From a virus (lineage: Duplodnaviria > Caudoviricetes), in the IMG/VR virus record IMGVR_UViG_3300036804_000259, positions 456 through 64,455 of that record: a stretch of 64,000 nucleotides of DNA, one strand, 5' to 3'. Under the pieces are notes generated by a model. That model saw only the letters and a list, made by a program, of their open reading frames with translations, was not told where the DNA came from and did no database searches. Both the position numbers and the translations under genes were made by a program. Position 1 is the first letter of the stretch. Each line of letters opens with the position of its first letter. Shown here in pieces: positions 37,707-47,104 of this stretch.

Positions 37707-38152
37707 TGCTTGCGCTGCCTTTCTCGTCGGCAAGTTCGACAATGCTGATGCGTATGACCATCTGAAGTGCGGTAAGTGTATATATTTTCTGGCGTCAACT
37801 CATGCCCGTGCTTGCAGTGGGTCGGCGTTGTAAACCAGCCGGAATTCTCTGGCGTTCTAAGTGAGTGCTGTTTCTGAGTCAACGGCTCTAGATGGGTCCA
37901 ATTAATGCAGCGTCTCGTCCGACAAAGATGATCCAATTGAATATCATCAGGAAGCGACCCGTATTTCCATTCGTACAGCCATCGATGAGCGTTATAAGTG
38001 CGTCGGCGAATCCGAAATGAGGCATAGCCTCGATCGGTTAGCGCGTCTTGCCAGAGCCAACATCCGTTTTCAGGAAAGTTTTCGTCCTCGAGGACAACCC
38101 GTGATAAAAGTCGTTCAGCAATGTCGGCCGGCTCTGTGGACAGAACATCCAT
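37703..38152 (-). CDS. HNH endonuclease (HNH_3-like, possibly homing)
   Basis: GCWLW...GY...AHRW.YE...LDHLC....CINW.HLEP.T; HCKHGH...CRTC. Confidence 0.9.
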   Translation of the reverse strand: MDVLSTEPADIAERLLSRVVLEDENFPENGCWLWQDALTDRGYASFRIRRRTYNAHRWLYEWKYGSLPDDIQLDHLCRTRRCINWTHLEPLTQKQHSLRTPENSGWFTTPTHCKHGHELTPENIYTYRTSDGHTHQHCRTCRRERQRKQ

Positions 38153-38527
38153 TCACTTTTTAGCTTCGGCCTTTTCGGGTTCTTTGTCTTTCTTGGCCTT
38201 TTTCTCGGCATCCTCTTTGTCGTACTTGTCCATCGCTTCCTTGACTTCCTCGTGGCCGGACTTCTTCTGCTTGACCTCTTTGCCGTTGCCCTTGTGCTCG
38301 AAATCGTGGACGTCCAAATCGTAGTGATGGGTTTCTTTACCTTCGCCGCCACTTATCTTGTGGCCGCGGCATTTGCCTTTGATGTGGCCCTCGAAGTCTT
38401 GGCCGGCCTCGAGGCCTTCGATCGGCTTAGGCAATTCGCGCAGGTTTAAACTGGGCGAGATTTCGTCGTTGTCTTTCGACGGCCCGAGCGCCTTGAATTC
38501 ATCTTTGTATTTGCGCGTGACCTTCAT
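38153..38527 (-). CDS. charged hypothetical protein
   Basis: K/E-rich 124 aa ORF abutting the HNH gene. Confidence 0.65.
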   Translation of the reverse strand: MKVTRKYKDEFKALGPSKDNDEISPSLNLRELPKPIEGLEAGQDFEGHIKGKCRGHKISGGEGKETHHYDLDVHDFEHKGNGKEVKQKKSGHEEVKEAMDKYDKEDAEKKAKKDKEPEKAEAKK

Positions 38528-38537
38528 AATTGGGGTT

Positions 38538-38720
38538 CTATTTGAATCGACTCGTCAACCAACTCGCGTCTTCATCCTGTAGCCTCAGGACGAATTTATC
38601 TGCCTCCTCTAGTGCCGCTTCCATGCTGATGCCCGGCACGCACAGTAAGCTGATCGCCACTCGCAATCGGATTTCGTAAACGCTCTGCTCATAAATGTGG
38701 TTGATGTCTTGCTTGGTCAC
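38538..38720 (-). CDS. hypothetical protein
   Basis: GTGA-coupled. Confidence 0.5.
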   Translation of the reverse strand: MTKQDINHIYEQSVYEIRLRVAISLLCVPGISMEAALEEADKFVLRLQDEDASWLTSRFK

Positions 38721-38890
38721 TTTCGTTTAGCTGCTCGTCTGCCTTTTGCGGTCGTCTTGTTACCGCGCATGAGTCCGGCTTTATTCAGAGTCCCGTAGAC
38801 AGCACCGGGATTGCCGGGATACTCTCGTTTTAGTTTGCTTTCGACATCGGCAACTGCGGTTTTCTTTCCGCTTTTTGTAGTCTTTGGCAT
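38717..38890 (-). CDS. 57 aa basic protein
   Basis: Hand translation MPKTTKSGKK...KLKREYPGNPGAVYGTLNKAG...RRAAKRK; AAGGTG upstream. Confidence 0.6.
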   Translation of the reverse strand: MPKTTKSGKKTAVADVESKLKREYPGNPGAVYGTLNKAGLMRGNKTTAKGRRAAKRK

Positions 38891-38897
38891 ATCACCT

Positions 38898-39203
38898 TTA
38901 GTTAAAAACCAGATTGATTATCTGGCTGAGTTTTTGACGGATGTTAGCCAACTCCGTAGAGCGCCCTCGCTGGACCCCGATGAGAAAGATCTGCATCATC
39001 GCGACCAAGGTTTTTTTCTCGAATAGCACCGTGTTCGCGTCGACGCTAAAAAGCTCGGTGTTGTCGGCCAGGTACAAGTGAACGATGCCTTCGGCTAGCC
39101 TGGCATAGCTACCGTTCTCGAGTTCAATCCGGACCTCTGCGATGCCGTCATTTTTTGCCACCGGCTCCAATGGCTCTTCAATTTGGGGGATTCGTGGATT
39201 CAT
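38898..39203 (-). CDS. hypothetical protein
   Basis: 101 aa ORF in the operon. Confidence 0.6.
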   Translation of the reverse strand: MNPRIPQIEEPLEPVAKNDGIAEVRIELENGSYARLAEGIVHLYLADNTELFSVDANTVLFEKKTLVAMMQIFLIGVQRGRSTELANIRQKLSQIINLVFN

Positions 39204-39342
39204 CGTCGATAAATTCTAGGTATATTCTGATAACGGGTGTGAGCTTCTAATACGGCCCAAGAAAGTAAACGTCGACCGCCGCTTATGAGAATGGCTTCTA
39301 CAATCTGGCGTTTGAATTTGGCTCGCTCTGTCCTGGTCAACC

Positions 39343-40566
39343 TCATGAGATTTTGCGCACATAGTCGAACGCGCCCATAGCCGCACCTCCGCCACCGGTT
39401 GCACCTCCGGAGTCCACATCCAGAACCAAGCTAGTGGGGAAGGTTCCATTCAAGCTGCCCCCATTGGAAAAAGCTTCCGTATAGATGGTGAGCCAATTAA
39501 TGGCGTCGGTGCTAACGGCAATACTCAACTGCCCAGGCGTACCGCCGCTGGTGTCGTTCCAGATCTTAAAACGCAGGTCAGTCCCGGTGTACATGGCGGG
39601 CGTCTCATAAAAGAGGTTGCCCATGCCTGAGCCCTTCCAGATCCCAAACATGATATACCAAAGTTGAGTACCGGAGCCATCGGTTTCGGTTTGGACGGAT
39701 AAACCTACGCCAATGGAACGGCTGCTCGTTAAAAGACCGAATGCGACATTGCCGAGGTAATTGGTACTGGCGCCGCCTGAGCCGTAACTATTTAGAACTC
39801 CGCGCAGCTTGATCTGGAATCCGAAGCCAGCTGCGATGCCGGTAAGCGGTTCAGTCGCTCTTAGCACAATGCTACCGGTTGCCCCATACTGGTAGGCAAG
39901 CTGCAAATAATCGCTTCCAGTAAGAGTTGCTGTTACCAGAGCTTTGGCGCCGCTGATGGTCCATTTCGGATTGAGCGTAGCACTTTTAAATTCGTCATCG
40001 AAAGCACTCGGACTGGCCGGCGGGATTAGATCGCCATCCGGATTGGAGGCATTGGGCAGTTGGTGCGTTGCATTGTCTCCTCCTACATAATCGGTCGCCG
40101 CTCCACTTAACTGCGCCAAGAGGCCGGCCGAGGTTCTACTCGCCATCGGTATTACATCGGTGCCGCCAGGCAAGTGTGTCGTCTCGTGCGGACTGGGAGG
40201 GAAGGTTGTCGGCTTGCCGCTAACCGTTGACCAGGTCGACGGAAATGTGGCCGGGATGCCGGTTATTTGCGACCAGGAGGAAGGGAAAGTAGTCGGCGCT
40301 CCGGTGATGCCTCCCCATGGCACCGAGCCGGCCTGCGTCGCGTAAGGCACGTTGGCACCGCTTGTGAGGCCTTCGGCTACCACTGCTTTATCTACCACTC
40401 CGTTGACGCCATTGGTGGCATACTCCGATTTGAGCATGTCTCCCCCGCCAGGGCCTGCGCCGGTCGTACCGACCGTGATCGAAGTTGCCGTTTCAGTCAG
40501 CACGATGCCGGAACCCTGCAACAGGGACTTGAAAGGAAGGTAAACTCCTGCTTGGGCGATACTCAT
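39343..40566 (-). CDS. fibre/receptor-binding protein with C-terminal beta-sandwich
   Basis: GDMLKSEY..NG.VDKA, W..ITG.P.TFP repeats, H..TH..GG.D, DDEF....L...W...FDYVR lectin-like domain. Confidence 0.75.
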   Translation of the reverse strand: MSIAQAGVYLPFKSLLQGSGIVLTETATSITVGTTGAGPGGGDMLKSEYATNGVNGVVDKAVVAEGLTSGANVPYATQAGSVPWGGITGAPTTFPSSWSQITGIPATFPSTWSTVSGKPTTFPPSPHETTHLPGGTDVIPMASRTSAGLLAQLSGAATDYVGGDNATHQLPNASNPDGDLIPPASPSAFDDEFKSATLNPKWTISGAKALVTATLTGSDYLQLAYQYGATGSIVLRATEPLTGIAAGFGFQIKLRGVLNSYGSGGASTNYLGNVAFGLLTSSRSIGVGLSVQTETDGSGTQLWYIMFGIWKGSGMGNLFYETPAMYTGTDLRFKIWNDTSGGTPGQLSIAVSTDAINWLTIYTEAFSNGGSLNGTFPTSLVLDVDSGGATGGGGAAMGAFDYVRKIS

Positions 40567-41318
40567 GTGGAGAGAGCGGTTAAGGACAGAATTGAGAAAC
40601 CCATGCCGGCCTGGAAATAAGTAGTGCTCCCAGGCGTATCCAAGACCAGGCGCCATTGGAAAGCACTCGCCGGCCCGGTCCAGACTCTGACCAGGGCGCT
40701 AGAAAGTAACAGCGCGTTGATTACCGAGGTATCGGCCGACAGTTGGCTGATATCGGTTGAGGCGGTCACGGCCACCCAATTGGCCGCATTGGCATCGTAG
40801 ACCTCGAAATGCACCATCCCTGAAATCGGAAAATTCTTATTCCAATTGTAGAGGTAAGCGCGGTCGATCAGATAAATACCCGGCTGCAAATTCGGCACCA
40901 CGCTCAGTAAGAGCACGGAGCCAGTGCTATTGCCTGAACTCAATGTTACTGGACCTTCGCTGCGTGTGTGAACCGCGGGAGGCAACGAATGGTTCTGGCG
41001 ATCACCGCCTAAATACGAGAGCGGATTACCGTCGCCGGCAGGACAAAGCCCATCAAATTGGGTGTTGGAGTCTGGGATCGGATCATTGCCGTTTTGAATG
41101 TGCTGCGGACCGTGCTGGGGAAGGATTTCGACTGTCTCCGCCAGCACCGCTTTGTCGACAATGCCTGGTTGGCCGTTCGTCGCGTAGTTGGATCGCAGCA
41201 TGTAGTTGGTCGCATCCGCAGTCGGCTGAAGGATAACGATCGGCAGACACGCTTGATCCTGGTAATCGCTCGGGAGCGGCACTTCTAAAATCTGACCTTG
41301 GGTAAATCGGACGCTCAT
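40563..41318 (-). CDS. fibre-like protein, paralogous to the downstream gene
   Basis: MLRSNYATNG.PGIVDKAV, HGPQHIQNGNDPIP, YLGGD. Confidence 0.7.
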   Translation of the reverse strand: MSVRFTQGQILEVPLPSDYQDQACLPIVILQPTADATNYMLRSNYATNGQPGIVDKAVLAETVEILPQHGPQHIQNGNDPIPDSNTQFDGLCPAGDGNPLSYLGGDRQNHSLPPAVHTRSEGPVTLSSGNSTGSVLLLSVVPNLQPGIYLIDRAYLYNWNKNFPISGMVHFEVYDANAANWVAVTASTDISQLSADTSVINALLLSSALVRVWTGPASAFQWRLVLDTPGSTTYFQAGMGFSILSLTALST

Positions 41319-41342
41319 AATTATGGCATTATTATGGCATTG

Positions 41343-41885
41343 TTATCGGATTAATCGGGCTGCGGCGAACTGGCGGGCGGCGAGTTGGGCTTGTGCGCGG
41401 GCTGTTCTCACCACGGTAGTGCCGGGAATGTACTCAGGCGGCAAAGGCACCATCGCGGACAAGGTCGTATTAGTGCCTGGCAACACATCGAGTTCGCCTC
41501 GAGCAAACGTGGTTGTGAGATAGGCGCTCGGAGTCATGTACTTAAGATCAAAGGCGTAGTTACCCGCCGGCAACGCCGCAGTGATGTTAGGCAAAACGAT
41601 CAGCGCGGTATAGCCGCAGGTGCCGTGTTGCTCGTTCCAGACTACTTGGGCAAGGGTATTGGGATCCAAGGGATCCAGGCTTGCTTTGACCGTAAAAAGG
41701 AAAACGTAATTAGTGACGTCAGGAGCTAGAGCTCCAGTCGAGAGACAACTGCAAAGGAATTGAATAAAATACGCGAGGGCATCGCCCTGGACAACACTCC
41801 AGCGCATGTTCTCGCAGAAGTCGCCCATCCAGGCAGGCCGCATCGGTTGCTGCGGTGCAACTAACGGAGCATCATCAGCGTACAT
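41343..41885 (-). CDS. virion protein, BppU N-terminal-like Ig domain
   Basis: VVQGD, DVTNY.F.FTVK, TAALPAGNYAFDL, RGELDVLP. Confidence 0.6.
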   Translation of the reverse strand: MYADDAPLVAPQQPMRPAWMGDFCENMRWSVVQGDALAYFIQFLCSCLSTGALAPDVTNYVFLFTVKASLDPLDPNTLAQVVWNEQHGTCGYTALIVLPNITAALPAGNYAFDLKYMTPSAYLTTTFARGELDVLPGTNTTLSAMVPLPPEYIPGTTVVRTARAQAQLAARQFAAARLIR

Positions 41886-41892
41886 AAGGTTA

Positions 41893-41935
41893 GCTTCTGG
41901 CTCGACGGCCCGTCGCGAATCCGCGAGCCAGAAGC
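41893..41935. terminator. 12 bp stem hairpin after the capsid gene
   Basis: GCTTCTGGCTCG...CGAGCCAGAAGC; weak U tract. Confidence 0.5.
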
Positions 41936-41957
41936 GTTATAACTTCCCCCAAGGAAG

Positions 41958-43214
41958 CTAGATAGTAAGGCTTCCAACCATGGATCCCGTGGCGCTGCCA
42001 GTATAACCTTGGCAAGTCGCGAAACCGAAATCGGGTTGGCAACGTTTGAACGCAATCGGAATCACCGCGTGCGGACGCTCCGGCCGGTACGCTCGCGTGA
42101 TCTGATACAGGTGAACGCCGAAATCACCAAAGGCATTACAGTCGTTGTCTCTGATGACAACGAATTCCAATTCTCCTTGGCTGAACTGTGGAGGAAACCG
42201 AAATTCACCAGCCCCAGTGTAACTTTCCGGTGTTAGTCGGCGGAAACTATTCGAGAAGCACATGAATAAAACTTCGTATTGCGCTTCAAGATAAGCAGGG
42301 TTCGCCCGTGCGCCGATGCCCTTAGAAACTTGCACCGCGACTTCTGGCTCGATAAAATCTGGGATCAGTTGACCGTTAAGTTCCTGCCAGGTATCGAAGC
42401 GCAGAGGCTGCTGATCTATTCCTAGTCCAATGCCCTGGTATGGTCCATACCAGGAGTAGCCTGTAATTGTCTCTTCACCGAGCGCGTATTTCCCGGTAGT
42501 AAGCGCTCTCATATCATAGCGCACATCTAACTCATCACGGAAAACGTCGATGATATCAGCGCCTGCAATTACCTTAGTAATCGTGCCGGCTTCCGACTCG
42601 AACGGTTCAGCTAACAATGCCTCGTGCGCCCACGTCTCTGTGTACTTCATGAATTTCCACGTAGGAGCTGTGTCCGGAGGATTATCATCGTTGAACGAAA
42701 CGTCGATCGCCTGCACATCGCCGGACACCATCTGCGGAAAAGTATAGGCGGTGTTACACTTGATCTTGACGCCGCTGCGTAACAAGAGTTGCGAACGAAC
42801 GTCACAGTTCATGAAGTAGAGCAGCGTCTTCTGCATCGCATCTTGCGTGCTAGAATATGAGGCCTGAAATGCGGACCTCATTGATTTTACACATAACTTA
42901 GGTCCGCGGCCTCGGATGGTTCCGAGTTTCGTGGTGTACTCAGTCGAACCGGTTTCAATAATTTGGCCGAGCTCGGCGCACGAATCCGTATCGTTAAAGA
43001 ATGTTGGCGTCACTAACGACTGATTCAAAACCGGTCTTTCCATGACGACATTTCTTTGTTCATCGCTGACCGCCGACTCAAAAATTCCGCCTGAGAGAAT
43101 GTCTGCGTAAGGCGCCCGCCTCATCAGAAGCAAAGTGATGTTTCCAACTAAGCGGCTGATGTCCCTATTCGCGAAATCTACAGCCTGTTGAGGAGATATT
43201 AGGCAATCGCCCAT
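41958..43214 (-). CDS. probable major capsid protein
   Basis: 418 aa alpha/beta ORF with own promoter/leader and downstream hairpin, heading a structural operon; no better capsid candidate in the window. Confidence 0.65.
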   Translation of the reverse strand: MGDCLISPQQAVDFANRDISRLVGNITLLLMRRAPYADILSGGIFESAVSDEQRNVVMERPVLNQSLVTPTFFNDTDSCAELGQIIETGSTEYTTKLGTIRGRGPKLCVKSMRSAFQASYSSTQDAMQKTLLYFMNCDVRSQLLLRSGVKIKCNTAYTFPQMVSGDVQAIDVSFNDDNPPDTAPTWKFMKYTETWAHEALLAEPFESEAGTITKVIAGADIIDVFRDELDVRYDMRALTTGKYALGEETITGYSWYGPYQGIGLGIDQQPLRFDTWQELNGQLIPDFIEPEVAVQVSKGIGARANPAYLEAQYEVLFMCFSNSFRRLTPESYTGAGEFRFPPQFSQGELEFVVIRDNDCNAFGDFGVHLYQITRAYRPERPHAVIPIAFKRCQPDFGFATCQGYTGSATGSMVGSLTI

Positions 43215-43420
43215 AAAAGGAAAAAGGGTAAAAAGAGTTCTGGGTTGATGCCAGGCGAAGGGCCGGCAGTGGACGCAGTTTTACAACCGAGTGGTTGTGG
43301 CGTACTGCGGCACCCGTAATTACGCCGCGGCGACCGGCGAGCTCTCGGTTGCGACTTTTCCCAGGCCCGAGCGAGCTAAGAGCCTGTGCCCAATGGTTTA
43401 CTCCTCAACTGGACAACCCG

Positions 43421-43458
43421 CAACAAAAAAGGAGTGCCAGGATGGCTCCTGGCACTCC
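43421..43458 (-). terminator. intrinsic terminator
   Basis: GGAGTGCCAGGA-4nt-TCCTGGCACTCC then TTTTTTG on the minus strand. Confidence 0.8.
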
Positions 43459-43489
43459 GCGTGCTGAATTTTGATGGGCTTCTGTGGCC

Positions 43490-43783
43490 TTACATTACCT
43501 CGAATCGCATTGCTTCCTCAATGCGCTCATCAGCGGCTTGGTCGTGAGCTTTCTTTTCCGCAAGCCCTGGCATCAATGTCACCTTCTTGTCCTGAGTCGG
43601 CTTCGGTCGCGCCCGCACGGTTTCTGCCAGCATCAGTCTCTGCACGTTCTCAGAGTATCTGGAAATGACCTCCGCAGACTCGATCGAGATCTCGCCAGCT
43701 TCGAGAGCTTTCTCAACCTCTGTGATCGCAGAGAGCTGTATCCGACTAAGGCGTGCCTGAGTTCGCTTTGAGTTCGCCTTCAT
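43490..43783 (-). CDS. ParB-HTH-like small protein
   Basis: EVEKALEAGEISIESAEVISRY..Q resembles the ParB HTH-adjacent helices. Confidence 0.5.
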   Translation of the reverse strand: MKANSKRTQARLSRIQLSAITEVEKALEAGEISIESAEVISRYSENVQRLMLAETVRARPKPTQDKKVTLMPGLAEKKAHDQAADERIEEAMRFEVM

Positions 43784-44556
43784 TTACCCTTAGCGGCACG
43801 CTGCTGATCCTCCGCTCTGTCTGCGGCTATTCGAGAGCCGTACTGTTCTTCGTGCTCCCCTGCGTACTTTTTGAGGTGCTCGATGACGATATCCCAAGTA
43901 AGGGTAGCGGAATGGATATCAACCATTTTGCCGATAGGGCGGAAGTATCGATTTCGCATCTTCCGTAATAGCTCGGCTCTTTCGGCCTTGAGCCTACCTT
44001 CATTCCGAAGCTTAGTGGCCTCGCTGATATCCTCGGCATCCCGTACTCCATAGCCAGCCTCGCCATGAGAGAGGCTCTGAAGTGCCCGTTTTCTTCCGGT
44101 AGTGGTTTTCTCATTTACGAGATCAAGAGCTGCTGAAAAAGCTCGATAAGTATCTCGGCGAACCTTCGGCGTAATGGCGTAACCTTGCGCCTTATGCCGC
44201 GAGAGAAAGGCTTCTTGGTCGCCTTCTTTGACCTCCCATTCAGTAAGGTCATTAATTATGTCCTTGAAGTCCCGCGCTATAGCTTCGCCTTCTTCTCTGT
44301 GAGCCAGCGTACGTTGTTGGTATCGGTCCATCTTGGAGCTCAAGATGTCCATCTGCGTGTGATTAAACATATTGGGGTTTCTAATTTGATCCCACGGCAG
44401 GCGGGAGCGCCAATTGACCGAATTGGCCGCTGGCGATACAGTCGCAGTGGAATTGTTTTTTAGCCGAGCGGAGTCTCCTTCCAAAAAGTCTCCGCCGGCT
44501 TTTTCTTCTTTGGCACAATTCAAGCCGGCGTGCAAGTCCCTGATTACATGCCTCAA
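43780..44556 (-). CDS. hypothetical protein (start uncertain)
   Basis: 258 aa helical ORF, ATGA-coupled. Confidence 0.6.
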   Translation of the reverse strand: MRHVIRDLHAGLNCAKEEKAGGDFLEGDSARLKNNSTATVSPAANSVNWRSRLPWDQIRNPNMFNHTQMDILSSKMDRYQQRTLAHREEGEAIARDFKDIINDLTEWEVKEGDQEAFLSRHKAQGYAITPKVRRDTYRAFSAALDLVNEKTTTGRKRALQSLSHGEAGYGVRDAEDISEATKLRNEGRLKAERAELLRKMRNRYFRPIGKMVDIHSATLTWDIVIEHLKKYAGEHEEQYGSRIAADRAEDQQRAAKGK

Positions 44557-44694
44557 ACTTGTTGCGATTGAATTTCTGATTGCTAATTCAAGCCCTCAGA
44601 GCTAGAGCCAAGGCGGTTCTTTATTATTGATTCCGTTATTCTGTGTTGTTAGAGCAGCGAGAGCGAGTCCCCTTACGGCTCGCTCTCCTCTTTT

Positions 44695-44714
44695 TTGTTG
44701 TCAGCTGACAACAA
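44695..44714. promoter_or_regulatory. perfect 20 bp palindrome, operator-like
   Basis: TTGTTGTCAGCTGACAACAA, intergenic. Confidence 0.55.
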
Positions 44715-44715
44715 T

Positions 44716-44907
44716 TTACTCGGGCGGGGCTTCATCGAAGCCGAGCTCGGTGAGCACGCCAGGAGCACAATCGGTTGTTGCGCCCTCGGGAACCCACAGA
44801 CGTTCTATGGTCATTTCTTCTTGGGCCGGCTTCCTCTCCACCATCTTGCCGGTCGCTTTGTCGTAGACGTAAACCTTACGACTCTTTGGTAACTGGAATC
44901 TTTTCAT
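44716..44907 (-). CDS. hypothetical protein
   Basis: VYVYDKATGKMVE motif. Confidence 0.55.
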   Translation of the reverse strand: MKRFQLPKSRKVYVYDKATGKMVERKPAQEEMTIERLWVPEGATTDCAPGVLTELGFDEAPPE

Positions 44908-45073
44908 CGTCCAAGTAGATCGTGACTTCGTTCGGCCTGTTTATGATCACCCATTTCAGGCCGGCTGGATCCAATTCTTTGTTCAAGAACAGTACCAGCC
45001 TATCATGGAATCCATCTGGCACCTTCGGCTCCTCGACCTCTCCGTACAGTGTTCGGATCCTTCTCATATAAAG

Positions 45074-45256
45074 TCAGGGCTCCTTGGCTTTTGCCTCGTT
45101 GTTCACCCTGACTGCGGTCCTAGCGATTTCTCTAAAAATGTCGCCCAGGGTCGACTCGACTCCTTTGACCGTTTGGATGCCGCCCTCTTCGTTGCTTAGG
45201 TGCGCCTGCCAGAGCCCATCATCTAGCACCTGGAGATCGATTAGAAATCTTCTCAT
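45074..45256 (-). CDS. hypothetical protein
   Basis: ATGA-coupled. Confidence 0.55.
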   Translation of the reverse strand: MRRFLIDLQVLDDGLWQAHLSNEEGGIQTVKGVESTLGDIFREIARTAVRVNNEAKAKEP

Positions 45257-45447
45257 TTTACCGGTGCTAGGTGTAAGCCACCCACAACTCCCATGAGGAG
45301 GTAAAGGATCCAGACAATGAAGAGCACGATACAGACCACTCGCACAATCTGGGCGAACGGTGCCATCCCTGGAATCTGCCCTACCAACCAGACCACCAAT
45401 CCCAGGATGATGGCCACGATGATGATCAGAAAAATAGTGGTGAGCAT
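45253..45447 (-). CDS. small 2-TM membrane protein (possible holin)
   Basis: Two hydrophobic helices separated by IPGMAPFAQ. Confidence 0.7.
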   Translation of the reverse strand: MLTTIFLIIIVAIILGLVVWLVGQIPGMAPFAQIVRVVCIVLFIVWILYLLMGVVGGLHLAPVK

Positions 45448-45483
45448 ATGATTTAGTGTAACAAAATTATCTTAGGGCAATAC

Positions 45484-45499
45484 GTTTCCACGTGGAACT
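45484..45499. promoter_or_regulatory. parS-like palindrome
   Basis: GTTTCCACGTGGAACT, 13/16 to TGTTCCACGTGGAACA, intergenic. Confidence 0.45.
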
Positions 45500-45522
45500 G
45501 TTCCCCAATTCGCAGCCTTGGC

Positions 45523-45804
45523 CTAGCTTGGCGGACCGGCCTCTAAAGCCGCTATTTCCGATTTGAACCAGTTCTGGAGTTGGTCCCTCGCGGTTTTAAG
45601 GCGCCAGAGTAAATCTTCACGCTCATCCAAAGGACCGGGATCAAAGGAAAGGTTTGGCTGCACCCGTTCTAGGAAATCTTCGAGCTCTTCTAGTGGACTG
45701 ATTTCTTCTGGAAACCCGGCTCGCTTCAATTCGGCGCGACCTTGGTGCCTTAACTCGGAGCGCAATTTATGACTGATTTTCAATGTGTTCATAGGATGGG
45801 TCAT
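45523..45804 (-). CDS. hypothetical protein
   Basis: 93 aa ORF. Confidence 0.5.
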   Translation of the reverse strand: MTHPMNTLKISHKLRSELRHQGRAELKRAGFPEEISPLEELEDFLERVQPNLSFDPGPLDEREDLLWRLKTARDQLQNWFKSEIAALEAGPPS

Positions 45805-45849
45805 ATTGTCTTTTAGCCTGTTCTAAAATAAATCGGAGTGGCATCTGAA

Positions 45850-47070
45850 TTATTTTTGCAGTGTCAGATTGGCCATTTCCTTTTCGAGCATCTTGCGCTG
45901 AAGCAGTCCACTTAATGCAATCGTGAACTCGGTATACTGCTGAAGGACCGGGCCGAGATTCTCCAACACGATCGAATCGGATGCCCAATCCTCGACTTGG
46001 TCTAGGCGGTAACTCAGCGTCAGGTTTTGCCGAAAATCAGCCAGGAAGTCGTACATGAAGCGCCTCGGATTCAGATGCTCAGTCCCGCTCTTTTCCTGTT
46101 TCTTTGGCGTCGCTGGCGCTTTAAAGCTTTTCTCACTTAAAGTGCCGTCCTCAATCCCCTGGTCGCGAATACGCCGATAATCCTGCGGCTCGAAAGGCCG
46201 AAGGAGCGTAACTAGCTTCCTCTGATACTCCGTAAAGCAGTTGAGCGGATCAGTTTGGCCATTGAGGCTCGGACGACCGCGGGGGGGAGGGTCGAACAAT
46301 TGGCTAGCTTTGTAGAGAGCGTCAAACCGCAACTTTTTGGCCTTTTTCTCGCAGCGCTGCCCTAGGCTCAACAGGTCGACGAGCATGCGCAGTTTTTCGG
46401 CGATATCGACAATCTGTTTTATCGCCCATGGATCTCTCACTTCATCTAGGACCGAAGAGGTCCGATCAAAAACGACCAGAAATGCGTCGACGTTCTGGAT
46501 TGATCGCGGATCCAGCAAATCGGTATTGAACTGCTCCAGCTCCGCGATAGGTTCGCCTTGTTCGGAGCTTTCTGGAAGTGGTTCTGATGATGCTTGCATG
46601 ACGCCGGTGGCCGAGTGGTCACCGGTTTCTTTTTCGGGCTCCGGCGGCTCTTCTTCGGGCTCAAGCTCAGGCTCCTCTTCTTCGGGTTGCGGCGTTGTGG
46701 CCGGCATCGGCGGAGCTGCCGGCGGAGCGCTAGCCTGCGGCTGCTGCATCAGTTCGAGTTGCCGCAGATGCTCATTCCGTCCGTGAGCCTTCAACTCGGC
46801 CAGCATGTTTGCCGCGGCCTCGAGCGCGTCCAAATCTCGAGTTGCTCTCGCTTGGAAGTCCGCATTCGGAACTCCCTCAACTTGGCTGCGCAGACCCTCC
46901 ATTCCCTTGCCGAATTTTTCGATTGTCGACCGGTCAAAAGAGCCGACATGCCTGTGGTTTATCTCAGGACGGTTCGGAAATGCCGTAACCATGTGACCGA
47001 TCCACCAATCTGCTGCGTTGCAGAGTCCAAGATCAATGCACCTACCGACCCATTCTTCATGAGCATGCAT
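45850..47070 (-). CDS. hypothetical protein, possibly DNA-binding
   Basis: 406 aa with central P/E linker and RGRP motif. Confidence 0.65.
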   Translation of the reverse strand: MHAHEEWVGRCIDLGLCNAADWWIGHMVTAFPNRPEINHRHVGSFDRSTIEKFGKGMEGLRSQVEGVPNADFQARATRDLDALEAAANMLAELKAHGRNEHLRQLELMQQPQASAPPAAPPMPATTPQPEEEEPELEPEEEPPEPEKETGDHSATGVMQASSEPLPESSEQGEPIAELEQFNTDLLDPRSIQNVDAFLVVFDRTSSVLDEVRDPWAIKQIVDIAEKLRMLVDLLSLGQRCEKKAKKLRFDALYKASQLFDPPPRGRPSLNGQTDPLNCFTEYQRKLVTLLRPFEPQDYRRIRDQGIEDGTLSEKSFKAPATPKKQEKSGTEHLNPRRFMYDFLADFRQNLTLSYRLDQVEDWASDSIVLENLGPVLQQYTEFTIALSGLLQRKMLEKEMANLTLQK

Positions 47071-47104
47071 AATTTGCCATGCTAGGACCGAACTAAATCA
47101 TTTG

